A DNA stretch of 64,000 nt from Erythrobacter sp. (GCA_039972775.1 JBDWMF010000011.1:102851-166850), one strand, 5' to 3'. Positions 8,611-17,989 are shown, numbered from the stretch's first letter. Numbers and translations: made by a program. The notes: a model not told the origin generated them from the sequence alone.

Positions 8611-8738
8611 CGGCGAAGAGTTGAAACGGTGGAATGGACCGGCGGATTTACGTCGTCTGGGCATTGTCCGCGCCCTACCCGCTCAGCACAAACTTCAATC
8701 AGGTACATTTGGTCTGACAACACCGCTCTGACAGTGCC
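8611..8738 (-). mobile_element. IS6-family right-end remnant plus an extra orphan inverted repeat
   Basis: 8611-8724 aligns with the transposase 5' end and right inverted repeat of the intact IS (…GTCTGGGCATTGTCCGCGCCCTACCC…CATTTGGTCTGACAACACC). It is followed by GCTCTGACAGTGCC (8725-8738), the right-end type of the copies at 39907 and 60106. Confidence 0.65.
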
Positions 8739-8745
8739 CACCCAA

Positions 8746-9966
8746 CTAGTAATTCCACATCGTTCCGTCTTCGAGCCTGACGATGGCGTGATAGCGACGA
8801 TCAAACGAATATTTCTCTGCTTCCTTTTCGTCGAAATCCACACCCAGTCCAGGCGCATCGCTGACATAAAACAATCCGTTCTCAGCCTTGTGTTCAGACG
8901 GGAAAAGCGCATCGCATTCGGGTGTGCCAAGAACGAGATATTCCTGGATACCGAAATTGGGTGCCCAGGCATTCAGGTGGGCCTGGGCTGCCATTGAAAT
9001 GGGCGAATGGCTTGGCGCACCGTGGAACCCGGTTCTGATGTTGTGGATCGCAGCCAGTTCGACGATCCGTCTCACGTGGGTAATGCCGCCAGCATAGGTC
9101 ACCGACACCCGAATGAAATCGAGCAATTCTTCCTCGATCATGTCTTTGCAGTCCCAGATCGAGTTAAACACCTCGCCAATGGCGATGGGAACTGTGGTGT
9201 GCTGCCGGATGAGCCGCAATGCATATTGGTCATCAGCCGGCGTCGGATCTTCCATCCAGAACAGATTGTATTTTTCGATTTCCTTGCCAAATGCGGCCGC
9301 CTCACGAGGAAGCAGGCGGTGGTGAACATCATGCAGAAGCTTCAATTCCGGTCCAAAACGATCTCGTACAGCTTCAAAAACACTTGGCATGTAGCGTAGA
9401 TATTTTTCCGAATCCCAAATCTCTTGGTCCGGCAGCTTTCCATACTCCGTGATGAAATGTTTCGTGTCGCCCCCTTTGCCGGTCGCGTAGCCGCCTTCGG
9501 ACATGCCGGGAATTCCGCATTGAAGGCGAATGGCTTTGTATCCCTCCTCAACATAGTGGGCGACTGAATCGAGCAGGATATCCAATGTGGGTCCGGTAGC
9601 GTGCGCATAGAGCAAAGCGCCATCTCGGCTTTTGCCGCCAAACAGCTGATAGAGTGGAAGGCCCGCAATCTTGCCCTTAATATCCCATAGAGCCATATCA
9701 ATCGCACCATAGGCTGCCATGGCGATGGGGCCTCTGCGAAAATAAGCGCCTCGATAGAAATATTGCCAGATATCCTCGCTGTTGCGCGGATCCATGCCGA
9801 TCAAGCAAGGTATCAGATATTCTTTCAAATATTCTGCCGTCAGAGTTTCACGGGTGTTCAGCGTACCGTCGCCAATCCCATAGATTCCAGCATCCGTCAT
9901 AATTTTCAGGGTAACGTAATTTTTGCCTGGCCCCCCAACGAACACTTGCGCACTTGTAATCTTCAT
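8746..9966 (-). CDS. enolase-superfamily D-mannonate/D-galactonate dehydratase (ManD-type)
   Basis: I chose the start at MKITSAQVFV (ATG 9966, preceded by GGAGGA). The N-terminus ...GKNYVTLKIMTDAGIYGIGDGTLN...AIDMALWDIKGK... is typical of ManD. The longer ORF running to 10227 overlaps the divergent gene. Confidence 0.85.
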   Translation of the reverse strand: MKITSAQVFVGGPGKNYVTLKIMTDAGIYGIGDGTLNTRETLTAEYLKEYLIPCLIGMDPRNSEDIWQYFYRGAYFRRGPIAMAAYGAIDMALWDIKGKIAGLPLYQLFGGKSRDGALLYAHATGPTLDILLDSVAHYVEEGYKAIRLQCGIPGMSEGGYATGKGGDTKHFITEYGKLPDQEIWDSEKYLRYMPSVFEAVRDRFGPELKLLHDVHHRLLPREAAAFGKEIEKYNLFWMEDPTPADDQYALRLIRQHTTVPIAIGEVFNSIWDCKDMIEEELLDFIRVSVTYAGGITHVRRIVELAAIHNIRTGFHGAPSHSPISMAAQAHLNAWAPNFGIQEYLVLGTPECDALFPSEHKAENGLFYVSDAPGLGVDFDEKEAEKYSFDRRYHAIVRLEDGTMWNY

Positions 9967-10007
9967 GGTTTCCTCCGATAGTTTTATCATTAATTCCGGA
10001 GAGAGAG

Positions 10008-11156
10008 ATGAGCAATGCACTAAAGGTTTTGGTGCAAGGCACTGGTTTTGCCGGACAGGGTCATGCTGATGCGTTTCGTTCGCTGGGCGCAGGGATCGTG
10101 GGCATGGTTGGCCGCACCCCGCATGTTGTCGAAGATGTGACAGCACAAATGTCCATTCCCTATGGCGGCACAGATTGGGACAAGGCGCTAAAGGAATGCC
10201 AACCCGATATCGTCTCCATCGGGACACCTGGCGGCGCGCATTACGACGCGATCAAAGCCGCAATCGCCCATGGTGCTCACATCTTTTGCGACAAGCCTAT
10301 GGCGACCACAGGGGCGGAGACACGCGAATTATTTGACCTTTCGCAGACCAAAGGAATTAAGACGGCATTTGCGGCGAGTTTCCGCTACATGCCTCATATC
10401 ATCCATGCCAAGCGCTTGGTTGAACAAGGGATCATTGGCGAACCCCAAGAGGCCGAGTGCATCTCACACTTCGATCTTGAAAAAGACATCCCCTTTGGTT
10501 GGTCTCATCGTGCCGAAGAAGGCGGCGGTCGGTTAAACAATAATTTCACTCATAAATTGTCCATCGTGACTTCGGTTATTGGCGAAACAATACTTTCGGT
10601 TTCAGGTGATGTTCGCGATGATCTAAAACGCGCACCCATCGTTAGCGGCGTACACAATTTCAAAACCCGCCGCGAACACATTCCCGAAGATTTGGGCGAC
10701 CCTTCTCTTGAGTGGGGAGAGTCTAACGTGGAATGGAGTTACACGGTTTTGGCGCAGCTAAAGAGCCAAATGGCCAGCAATCCCGTGTCGGTCCTGTTTA
10801 AGCATGGTGGGTTACAGCCCCGATTTAACGAGGACTACATCGCTTTTTACGGCAGCGAAGGGGCAATCTATATCAAGGGCCACTATGGCAACGGACCGCT
10901 CTATGTCTTTGGCAAAGACAAAAGCTGGAACGAAACCCAATTGCCTCCTGATATTGCGGCCCGCGTGCCAAAAGCCAAAGGGGATACAGAGCAATGTTGG
11001 CACTATCTCATTCGAGAATTTCTTAGCGATATAAGGGGCGAAAAGTCGGCAAACTATCCGACGTTTAAAGACGGCAGTCAGTATCAGCAGATTATCGATA
11101 TCATTCGCCGAAACGACAGCTGGATTGATATCCAGAGCTTAACCGCAGGGCGTTAG
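10008..11156 (+). CDS. Gfo/Idh/MocA-family oxidoreductase
   Basis: 382 aa with an N-terminal Rossmann segment KVLVQGTGFAGQGHADAF. It is divergent from the ManD-type gene. Confidence 0.85.
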   Translation: MSNALKVLVQGTGFAGQGHADAFRSLGAGIVGMVGRTPHVVEDVTAQMSIPYGGTDWDKALKECQPDIVSIGTPGGAHYDAIKAAIAHGAHIFCDKPMATTGAETRELFDLSQTKGIKTAFAASFRYMPHIIHAKRLVEQGIIGEPQEAECISHFDLEKDIPFGWSHRAEEGGGRLNNNFTHKLSIVTSVIGETILSVSGDVRDDLKRAPIVSGVHNFKTRREHIPEDLGDPSLEWGESNVEWSYTVLAQLKSQMASNPVSVLFKHGGLQPRFNEDYIAFYGSEGAIYIKGHYGNGPLYVFGKDKSWNETQLPPDIAARVPKAKGDTEQCWHYLIREFLSDIRGEKSANYPTFKDGSQYQQIIDIIRRNDSWIDIQSLTAGR

Positions 11157-11159
11157 GCA

Positions 11160-12929
11160 ATGTCGCAAATCGAAATTTCAAACATCGAATATCTGGTGAT
11201 TGTCGGATATCTGGTTTTGATTGTTGCCGTTGGCATCGTGTTTCGAAAATTCTCATCCGATACGAAAGACTATTTTATTGGCGGCGCCAAGGGAAGTTGG
11301 TGGCTGGTTGGCAGCAGCGCCTTTATGAGCGCATTTAGCGCATGGACTTTCACCGGGGCCGCTGGTGTGGCCTTCGAGTCTGGGTTCTCTGTGATGATCA
11401 TATTTTTGGGAAATGCCTTTGGCTTTTTTCTGAATTTTCTGTTCCTAGGACCATGGCTCAGGCAAATGCGAGTGACCACATTTCCAGAAGCCATCGCTGG
11501 CCGCTTTGGAGAGGTTACGCGAAACTTCTATGCTCTGTTTGAGATGCCGATACGGTTACTTTACTCCGCAATGGCGCTGTATGGCCTTGGAATCTTTTGC
11601 TCGGCTGTATTTGGCTATGACATATATCATGTCATCTTGGTCTGCGGCATTGTGGTGTTGTTCTATTCAGCCACAGGCGGCCGCTGGGCTGTGATGGCCA
11701 CAGACTTTCTGCAAGGCCTGATTTTGGTGCCGCTTACGCTGATCATTGCTTGGCTATGTATCGATCAGCTTGGCGGAATTGACGGCATGTTTGAGAAAAT
11801 CGAAGCTCAGGGGCTTTCGGAAAAGTTCCAGATGATAAATTCTGCGGAACTGTTTGCCGGAGCTTATACTTGGGGATGGGCCAGCGCCATGGTCACAAAA
11901 GGGTTTCTGGTTTTCAACTCAATGTATGCAGGCCCAAGATATTTTTCGGTTAAAGACGGCAGAGAGGCGCGCAAGGCGGCAATTCTGGCATCGGTTCTTT
12001 TCTTGGTCGGCGGTCTTGTCTGGTTCTTGCCGCCGATAACGGCAAAGCTCCTTTACGCTGAGCAAGTTATGGGGCTGGCCATTAGTAAGCCGGCAGAAGC
12101 TGCCTATGCTATCGCTAGCATTAACGTCCTACCCACCGGATTGATTGGATTGGTTGTTGTGGCCATTCTGACCGCCACGATGAGCTCAATGGACACAGGT
12201 TTAAACACCAATGTCGCCATCATGATAAGGGACATCTATCCCAAACTTGTCCGCCGGTTCAGCTGGACTGAGAAACCGGAAACAGTCTTGCTAAGCTATG
12301 GCCGATTGCTGACGTGGATAATGGGTGTGCTGGTGATCTTGCTCGCTCTGCAACTCGCTCGGCAGGAGGGTAGAGGCATATTTGAAATCATGCTGGATAT
12401 TGGCGCGCTCCTGATGTCCCCTATTCAAATCCCGCTCATTTGGGGGTTGTTTATCCGGCGAACGCCATGGTGGGCGGCGTTGTCGTCGATCGCCTTTGGT
12501 TTTGCGGTGTCACTTATAGCGTTTCTTGGCGTGCCGCTGTCGGCATTCGGTTTTCCAGCTGAGGCGGCATGGACGTTTCAGATGAAATTTTTTGGAGTGT
12601 TCGCTGCGGGTTCTCTAGGCTTCTTGATTTCCATTCCGTTTGCTCCGTCCAAAGGTTCCCCGCACCGGCGCAAAGTTGACGCTTTTATCACGAATATGAA
12701 AACCCCAATCGATTTCGAGACAGAGATCGGTCCCGGGAATGATTTGGCCCAGCTAAAGGTAATCGGACGGTTTGGGGCTGCCGTAGCTCTCTTTATCGCG
12801 GCTATGTTGTTCATTCCAAATCCACCGAACGGGCGCTTGGCCATCGTTGCATTGGCGTTGACTATTGGAGGGATCAGCCTGGTGATGATAAGGCAGGGCA
12901 AAGGCTTGACCTTTTCCGATCAAGCCTAG
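11160..12929 (+). CDS. sodium:solute symporter (SSS) family transporter
   Basis: 589 aa with more than 12 hydrophobic segments. It starts 3 nt after the oxidoreductase stop. Confidence 0.85.
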   Translation: MSQIEISNIEYLVIVGYLVLIVAVGIVFRKFSSDTKDYFIGGAKGSWWLVGSSAFMSAFSAWTFTGAAGVAFESGFSVMIIFLGNAFGFFLNFLFLGPWLRQMRVTTFPEAIAGRFGEVTRNFYALFEMPIRLLYSAMALYGLGIFCSAVFGYDIYHVILVCGIVVLFYSATGGRWAVMATDFLQGLILVPLTLIIAWLCIDQLGGIDGMFEKIEAQGLSEKFQMINSAELFAGAYTWGWASAMVTKGFLVFNSMYAGPRYFSVKDGREARKAAILASVLFLVGGLVWFLPPITAKLLYAEQVMGLAISKPAEAAYAIASINVLPTGLIGLVVVAILTATMSSMDTGLNTNVAIMIRDIYPKLVRRFSWTEKPETVLLSYGRLLTWIMGVLVILLALQLARQEGRGIFEIMLDIGALLMSPIQIPLIWGLFIRRTPWWAALSSIAFGFAVSLIAFLGVPLSAFGFPAEAAWTFQMKFFGVFAAGSLGFLISIPFAPSKGSPHRRKVDAFITNMKTPIDFETEIGPGNDLAQLKVIGRFGAAVALFIAAMLFIPNPPNGRLAIVALALTIGGISLVMIRQGKGLTFSDQA

Positions 12930-13684
12930 CGAGATAACCAACCCCCATCCACAGGTAGAGTTATTCCCTGAACGTAGTCAGAGCTACTAGAAGCCAGAAA
13001 CACGACAGCACCTGCCAGATCAGACGGCTGTCCCCAACGACCGCTCGGGATACGTCCCAAAATTTCCGCGTTGCGTTGTTTGTTCGCTTTCAAGGCCGCC
13101 GTATTGTTCGTATCGAAATAGCCTGGCGCGATCGCGTTGACGTTGATCCCATGCTGCGCCCATTCATTGGCCAGTGCTCTGGTCAGTCCGCTGACACCGC
13201 TTTTGGATGCCGTGTAAGAGGGCACGTGAATGCCGCCTTGAAAGCTCAACATCGAGGCGATGTTTATGATCTTCCCGGCCTGCTCATGGGTGACAAGATG
13301 CTTTGCAAAAGCCTGAGATAGAAAGAAGAGCGTTCTTAGGTTTACATTCGTCACAGAGTCCCACTCGCCTGGCGTAAGCTCAAGAGCGGCGTTGCGTATG
13401 ATGGTTCCAGCGTTGTTGACAAGAATATCGGCTCGTCCAAACTTCGCTATGACCTCAGCAACAATTCTGCCGACCGAACTTGCGTCGCCTAAATCGGCAA
13501 AAATGAACTCTGACCTGACGCCTGTCTTAGCAATGTCCTCGAGAGTTTCCGTTGGTTGCGTTCTCCCAATAATGGCTATGTCAGCGCCAGCTTGGGCGAG
13601 TGCAAGAGCCATGCCTTGCCCCAAGCCGGTGTTACCGCCAGTCACAAGGGCAACCTTTCCGCTCAGATCAAACATGGTGCGCAA
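12926..13684 (-). CDS. kduD: SDR oxidoreductase, 2-dehydro-3-deoxy-D-gluconate 5-dehydrogenase (KduD)-like
   Basis: GKVALVTGGNTGLGQGMALALAQAGADI closely resembles the KduD N-terminus, and the YTASK catalytic motif is present. The likely ATG start is at 13675. Confidence 0.75.
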   Translation of the reverse strand: MRTMFDLSGKVALVTGGNTGLGQGMALALAQAGADIAIIGRTQPTETLEDIAKTGVRSEFIFADLGDASSVGRIVAEVIAKFGRADILVNNAGTIIRNAALELTPGEWDSVTNVNLRTLFFLSQAFAKHLVTHEQAGKIINIASMLSFQGGIHVPSYTASKSGVSGLTRALANEWAQHGINVNAIAPGYFDTNNTAALKANKQRNAEILGRIPSGRWGQPSDLAGAVVFLASSSSDYVQGITLPVDGGWLSR

Positions 13685-14105
13685 CTACTGATTTTGACAT
13701 TGGTAACTCCATGTGTGGTTGGACGCTGATCGTATATTGAATCATACCCCTTGCGCCAAGAAGCATGAACAACATCGTTGTTTTCAATATCTGCGTCTCG
13801 CCAAGATGCGGCAAATAGATCGACTTAGTCTCGTTCTCAGCCACCTTTTCCCATTCCTCGGTTTGTTAGCATACCCATAAAGTCCCATCCACAGCATCCA
13901 AATCCGACCGCAGCAAAGACAAATTTCGGTTCTCTTAGATTTTGCCGACAGGTCACTACTGCGCTTTGTAAGTTGGATCCGGGCAAGGACACGCGTGCCA
14001 GTAAGGCCAAGTCTGCGCGAACGTTTGCGTCCCTATGACGTCAAGATTGCCGCTGACGGCACGTTCTGGGTCGTGGACGTAATGACGGCTTTCGGTAGCA
14101 GCAAG

Positions 14106-14276
14106 TTAGAAGCCGACGTTCCGCAATCGGCCCAGTAGAGGTCGAAAGTCTCGTTCGTGTGAATGTCCGCTTCCACCCCCAATAACGGGTGCTCAACGGT
14201 AGCACGGCAAGTGCTCGAAGCTGGCTGTCAGCTAGCTAGGTTCTAGCGTTAGAAGCGGCTGTTCTGCCAACGACCC
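14106..14276. repeat. imperfect 28-nt direct repeat pair with an inverted partial copy between them
   Basis: TTAGAAGCCGACGTTCCGCAATCGGCCC (14106-14133) and TTAGAAGCGGCTGTTCTGCCAACGACCC (14249-14276) match 21 of 28 by hand. GAATGTCCGCTTC at 14161 is a partial inverted copy. Confidence 0.4.
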
Positions 14277-14458
14277 AGTTGCAGCCATTCAGGGGGCCGA
14301 CCACGAGGTACTTAAGGATGGTGAACTGAACGTCCAAAACTCAAAGCCTGTGCTCCACCCATCCACCTAGCAGCAGATCTTATGTAACTTTTGCCTCAAC
14401 TTGCGCGAAAGCTTCTTCATACGCCGCCTAAAACAGGCGCGCACGCTGCGAGGAGAAA

Positions 14459-15313
14459 ATGATGACTAACAGGCTTAAATCCATTGTGATGCTTTGCATT
14501 CTGCCCGCGCTCGCCGGTTGTTCAACAATTGAGCGCTTGGCCATTCCAAAATCTGACCTCATCTCGACTGAGCTCCTCGAATCCGGCTCCCAAAGTCAAA
14601 TCTCGCATCAAGCTTGGGATGCATTTCTGCAGAACTATACTGAGCTTGGGGACGATAATATTGTTCGGGTCAATTATGCGGCGGTGAGCGAGGAAAACAA
14701 ACAAAAGTTGGAAACCTATATCCAGCAACTGAGCGGGCAGGACACCTCTCTACTCACCCGCGATGCGCAGCTAGCTTATTGGATTAACCTGTATAATGCG
14801 CTGACCGTTTCTGTCATACTGGACCATTATCCGGTGAAGTCGATCCGCAATATCAGAAATGGCCTAACGGATTTTGGACCATGGAATGAGAAGCGTGTTG
14901 AAGTGAACGGGCGCGAGCTCAGCCTGCATGATATTGAGAATGGCATTGTCCGCCCGCTGTGGCCTGATGAGCCGCGCTCGCATTATGCTTTGAATTGCGC
15001 GGCTATTGGTTGCCCCAATCTTGCGCAAACGGCCTATACTGCGGACAATATTCAGCAACGCCTTCAAGAACAAGCGGTTCTATATGTGAACAGTCCGCGC
15101 GGTGTTTCTTTGGCGGCTGACGGCGGGCTGACCATCTCCAAAATCTACAGTTGGTACCGCGGCGATTTTGGTGGATCGGAAACCTCGACAATTAGTCATT
15201 TGCGCGAATATGCCGCCCCTGATTTGAAGCAGGCACTGGGGCAGTCCACCAAGATTGATCGCTACATTTACGATTGGTCGCTGAATGATACCTCGACAAA
15301 TGTGCAGCCCTAA
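14459..15313 (+). CDS. DUF547 domain-containing lipoprotein
   Basis: It has the lipobox LPALAGC. YWINLYNALTV...LSLHDIENGIVRP...HYALNCAAIGCPNL is the DUF547 signature. Confidence 0.8.
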   Translation: MMTNRLKSIVMLCILPALAGCSTIERLAIPKSDLISTELLESGSQSQISHQAWDAFLQNYTELGDDNIVRVNYAAVSEENKQKLETYIQQLSGQDTSLLTRDAQLAYWINLYNALTVSVILDHYPVKSIRNIRNGLTDFGPWNEKRVEVNGRELSLHDIENGIVRPLWPDEPRSHYALNCAAIGCPNLAQTAYTADNIQQRLQEQAVLYVNSPRGVSLAADGGLTISKIYSWYRGDFGGSETSTISHLREYAAPDLKQALGQSTKIDRYIYDWSLNDTSTNVQP

Positions 15314-15364
15314 TCTGCTATAACTCAGCTCGCTTGGGCCGAGCCTACTGCCACCCGACAGCCG

Positions 15365-16318
15365 CTAAACAGTGCAGCTCGCGCCGCCAAGGACACAGAA
15401 GCGCGCGCAATGCGGGTGGTTGAGCTTAACGTCAGAGCTAGCCTCCTCCAAAGTTGCCCCTAAGTCGAAATCGCTTTGATACGGCAAAAGCGTGCAAGCC
15501 GTGACTCGAGGCGATGCTTCACCTTTGCGCTTCACTACCATACGGCTGTTGGCGCACATCAAGCTTTGCGGAGCGACGTCCAAAACGCTCCAACAATGCG
15601 TGCTGATCTCGGCAATATCGGCATCTGTGTCCATCTGCGGGAACAGGATTAGCTGCGCAGGATCAAGGGCATCAATCGGCAATCTGTATTTGGCAAACAG
15701 GTTTGTAAACCCGGCGCGGGCGGCAGAGTCTTTCTCATCGCCAAAATGCCGCCCAGCCACAGCGATATTGAATCCGTTTTGGGCAAGCCATTTCAGCCCG
15801 TCTATGGCCTTGTCCCAGCTGGGCCCGCGTTCTGCCTCGTGAACTGATTGAGAATAGTGATCGAGGCTCACCCGAATGGTCATCTGAGCGCAATTGAGCT
15901 CCAGCAATTCTTTCTCAAGCCGGCGCATTGGGCGCATGGCGTTGGACAGCACCAGCACATCAAAACCGCGCTCAAGGCAAAGGCGCAATATCTCAATGAT
16001 CTGGGGGTTCATAAATGGCTCGCCCCCGGTAAAGGCGATTTCGCGCGTCGCAAGGCTGCTCTCTGCAATCTCATCGAGATAGGTTCGAACCTCTTTGAGT
16101 GTCAGATAGACGAGCGCATCGTTTTTGGGTGAGCTTTCAATATAGCAGGACTTGCATGCCAGATTGCACAATGTGCCCGTGTTGAACCACAATGTTTCGA
16201 GTGCCTCCAACTTTACCGAAGCTCGCTCTTCACCCTTTGCTGTCACCAAGGGATCAGAAAACTTCTTGGGCGTCATCGGCAAGGTTTCTTGAAGCGCAAA
16301 TGGAGATTGATCGTTCAT
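15365..16318 (-). CDS. radical SAM protein with a Cys-rich C-terminus (ArsS-like)
   Basis: It has the CNLACKSCY (CxxxCxxC) cluster motif and the C-terminal HPHCARFCVLGGASC. The genomic context matches the ArsS-type neighbourhood. Confidence 0.8.
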   Translation of the reverse strand: MNDQSPFALQETLPMTPKKFSDPLVTAKGEERASVKLEALETLWFNTGTLCNLACKSCYIESSPKNDALVYLTLKEVRTYLDEIAESSLATREIAFTGGEPFMNPQIIEILRLCLERGFDVLVLSNAMRPMRRLEKELLELNCAQMTIRVSLDHYSQSVHEAERGPSWDKAIDGLKWLAQNGFNIAVAGRHFGDEKDSAARAGFTNLFAKYRLPIDALDPAQLILFPQMDTDADIAEISTHCWSVLDVAPQSLMCANSRMVVKRKGEASPRVTACTLLPYQSDFDLGATLEEASSDVKLNHPHCARFCVLGGASCTV

Positions 16319-16372
16319 TAATAAGGTTCCTCGAGAACACGACTGTTTTGGTTACAAGAACATAGGCGGCAT

Positions 16373-17059
16373 TCAGGAAGGTTTCTCCAATCCCATTTCA
16401 TTCAAAAGCCATGGCCAAAGCTTTAAATCTTCGGGAGTATCGCAATCTGACAAGGGCTCCAACAGCAAGGGCTCCACTCCCATTTTCTCCAACCGAACCA
16501 GGGTTTCGGGCAAGACCTGATCGGTACTCCATTGCATGTCGGTAAAAAGTTGCGGCATCGGCTTTCGCATCCCGATGAGATAATAGCCGCCGTCAAACGC
16601 AGGTCCGATCACGACCGAGTGTGTCGCCAATCCAGCAATGGCAGCATGGACATGCTCTAAACTAAGATCCGGCGTATCTGATCCGAAGAAGATTGCTGGC
16701 GCATCTTCAGTAAATGCTAAAAGGCGCGAGGAAAGATCGCCATCCGCCTGCTGCTCTAACGTAGCAGCACTTCCCAACCAGTTGGTGAAAGCGCGTTCAG
16801 TTTCGCCAGTGTAAGCCACGGTGACGGGACAACCCGTCATCACCAATTTACCAAAAATTTGTTCGGCCAGTCGGCGTTGGATGTTCGCTGCTTGGACTGC
16901 ACCGACAGCGGGAATCAATCGAGTTTTGCACTCCCCAGCTTTTGGGTAGCGGACGAACAGTACAAGGCGCGGTAAGGATGAAATGGGCGTCTTCTTCTCA
17001 TGGCTTGGATCAACCGGCTTCACGTCTCGAACCCGCTCTAAACCTTGTTGAGCGACCAA
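16373..17059 (-). CDS. DUF2064 / TIGR04282-type putative glycosyltransferase
   Basis: LVLFVRYPKAGECKTRL...GSDTPDL...GPAFDGGYYLIG...WSTDQVL...L.DCDTPEDL matches the DUF2064 pattern. Confidence 0.8.
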   Translation of the reverse strand: MVAQQGLERVRDVKPVDPSHEKKTPISSLPRLVLFVRYPKAGECKTRLIPAVGAVQAANIQRRLAEQIFGKLVMTGCPVTVAYTGETERAFTNWLGSAATLEQQADGDLSSRLLAFTEDAPAIFFGSDTPDLSLEHVHAAIAGLATHSVVIGPAFDGGYYLIGMRKPMPQLFTDMQWSTDQVLPETLVRLEKMGVEPLLLEPLSDCDTPEDLKLWPWLLNEMGLEKPS

Positions 17060-17901
17060 TCATAATCATAACCTGCCACACTTTCAGCATCCTCTAGCAG
17101 CACGGCAGCTGGCCCAATCGCGTATTCGCGAGCATGATCCAAGACCGCTTGGACAGAGCCCCAATCGTCTTGATACCACTCGTAGATGTTGGAGGCGATG
17201 ATTGAGCCAGGTTTTCCGCCAAAGCCGCGAGGATGATTGACATAGGCTGACGCAGCCTCTTCCAGCATGGCTTCCAATTTCGCTCCCGTATAGGCTCGAG
17301 CGGCTAGGTTGGGGCATCCAATCGAGGCGCAATTGACCGCATAGTGTATTCTCACATCTTGCCATTCGGGCCGCAAAATATCGTGCTCAATATTGTCGAG
17401 GCTTAGCACGCGGCCGCCCACTGTCACCGCATCATCTTTCCATGGCCCCGATCCAAACAACCCAATGTCACGGATGGAATCGAGCGGTAAATTCTCAAGA
17501 ATGATTGCCACGGTCGCAGCGTTGTAGAGATTGACCCAAAAGGCGAATTGTTCGTCGGCGCCAAAGTCCTCAATGGCTATGGCTTGCATCGCATTGAGAT
17601 AGGTTTTCAGTGCATCTTCGGCTTCGCCCTTCATCCGCTTGTAATCGACCAGATTCACGCCGCTAGCCTCCTCTTTCACATATTCTTGCAGCAAAGCGTC
17701 CCACTGCGAATGGTCGATGCTTGCGGTCGAATTTGAATTTGTAGTGAAACTTTCTTCTTCCAAACTTCCTGCTCCTGATGCGCCGCATGCGGCCAAAAGT
17801 GCGGTGGCAGGCAAGGCGCCCAGCAAAGTCCGCCTTTGCATATTCAGATGGTTTGAGTGCCCTGTGAATGCTGTGGGTACCGTATGTTGATGGCCGCGCA
17901 T
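17038..17901 (-). CDS. DUF547 domain-containing protein (second paralogue), secreted or lipoprotein
   Basis: FWVNLYNAATV...LSLDNIEHDILRP...HYAVNCASIGCPNL. The likely start is MQRRTLLGALPATALLAACG at 17841. Its 3' end overlaps the start of the downstream DUF2064 gene by 22 nt. Confidence 0.8.
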   Translation of the reverse strand: MRGHQHTVPTAFTGHSNHLNMQRRTLLGALPATALLAACGASGAGSLEEESFTTNSNSTASIDHSQWDALLQEYVKEEASGVNLVDYKRMKGEAEDALKTYLNAMQAIAIEDFGADEQFAFWVNLYNAATVAIILENLPLDSIRDIGLFGSGPWKDDAVTVGGRVLSLDNIEHDILRPEWQDVRIHYAVNCASIGCPNLAARAYTGAKLEAMLEEAASAYVNHPRGFGGKPGSIIASNIYEWYQDDWGSVQAVLDHAREYAIGPAAVLLEDAESVAGYDYDWSLNKV

Positions 17902-17989
17902 AACAAATCCTCTTCCGAACTGGGGTCAAAACTATATTCGCGCACTCAGCAGAATTGTTACACTTATTTTCATTCACCAAGCTGCGGTG

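Noticed and set aside
9967-10227. The 87-codon N-terminal extension of ORF 8746..10227 (493 aa)
   Set aside because: The extension overlaps the divergent oxidoreductase gene and looks non-protein-like. A canonical ManD N-terminus (MKITSAQVF) with a GGAGGA ribosome-binding site begins at 9966.
14221-14236. GGCTGTCAGCTAG, resembling the IS6 inverted-repeat core GCTGTCAG
   Set aside because: Only about 8 nt match, there is no flanking IS-like sequence, and there is no partner repeat. It is compatible with chance.
15365-16318. A possible selenocysteine (in-frame TGA) in the ArsS-like radical SAM gene, since some family members are selenoproteins
   Set aside because: The ORF is uninterrupted, its Cys-rich tail is encoded by Cys codons, and it ends at TAG. 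There is no in-frame TGA to recode.
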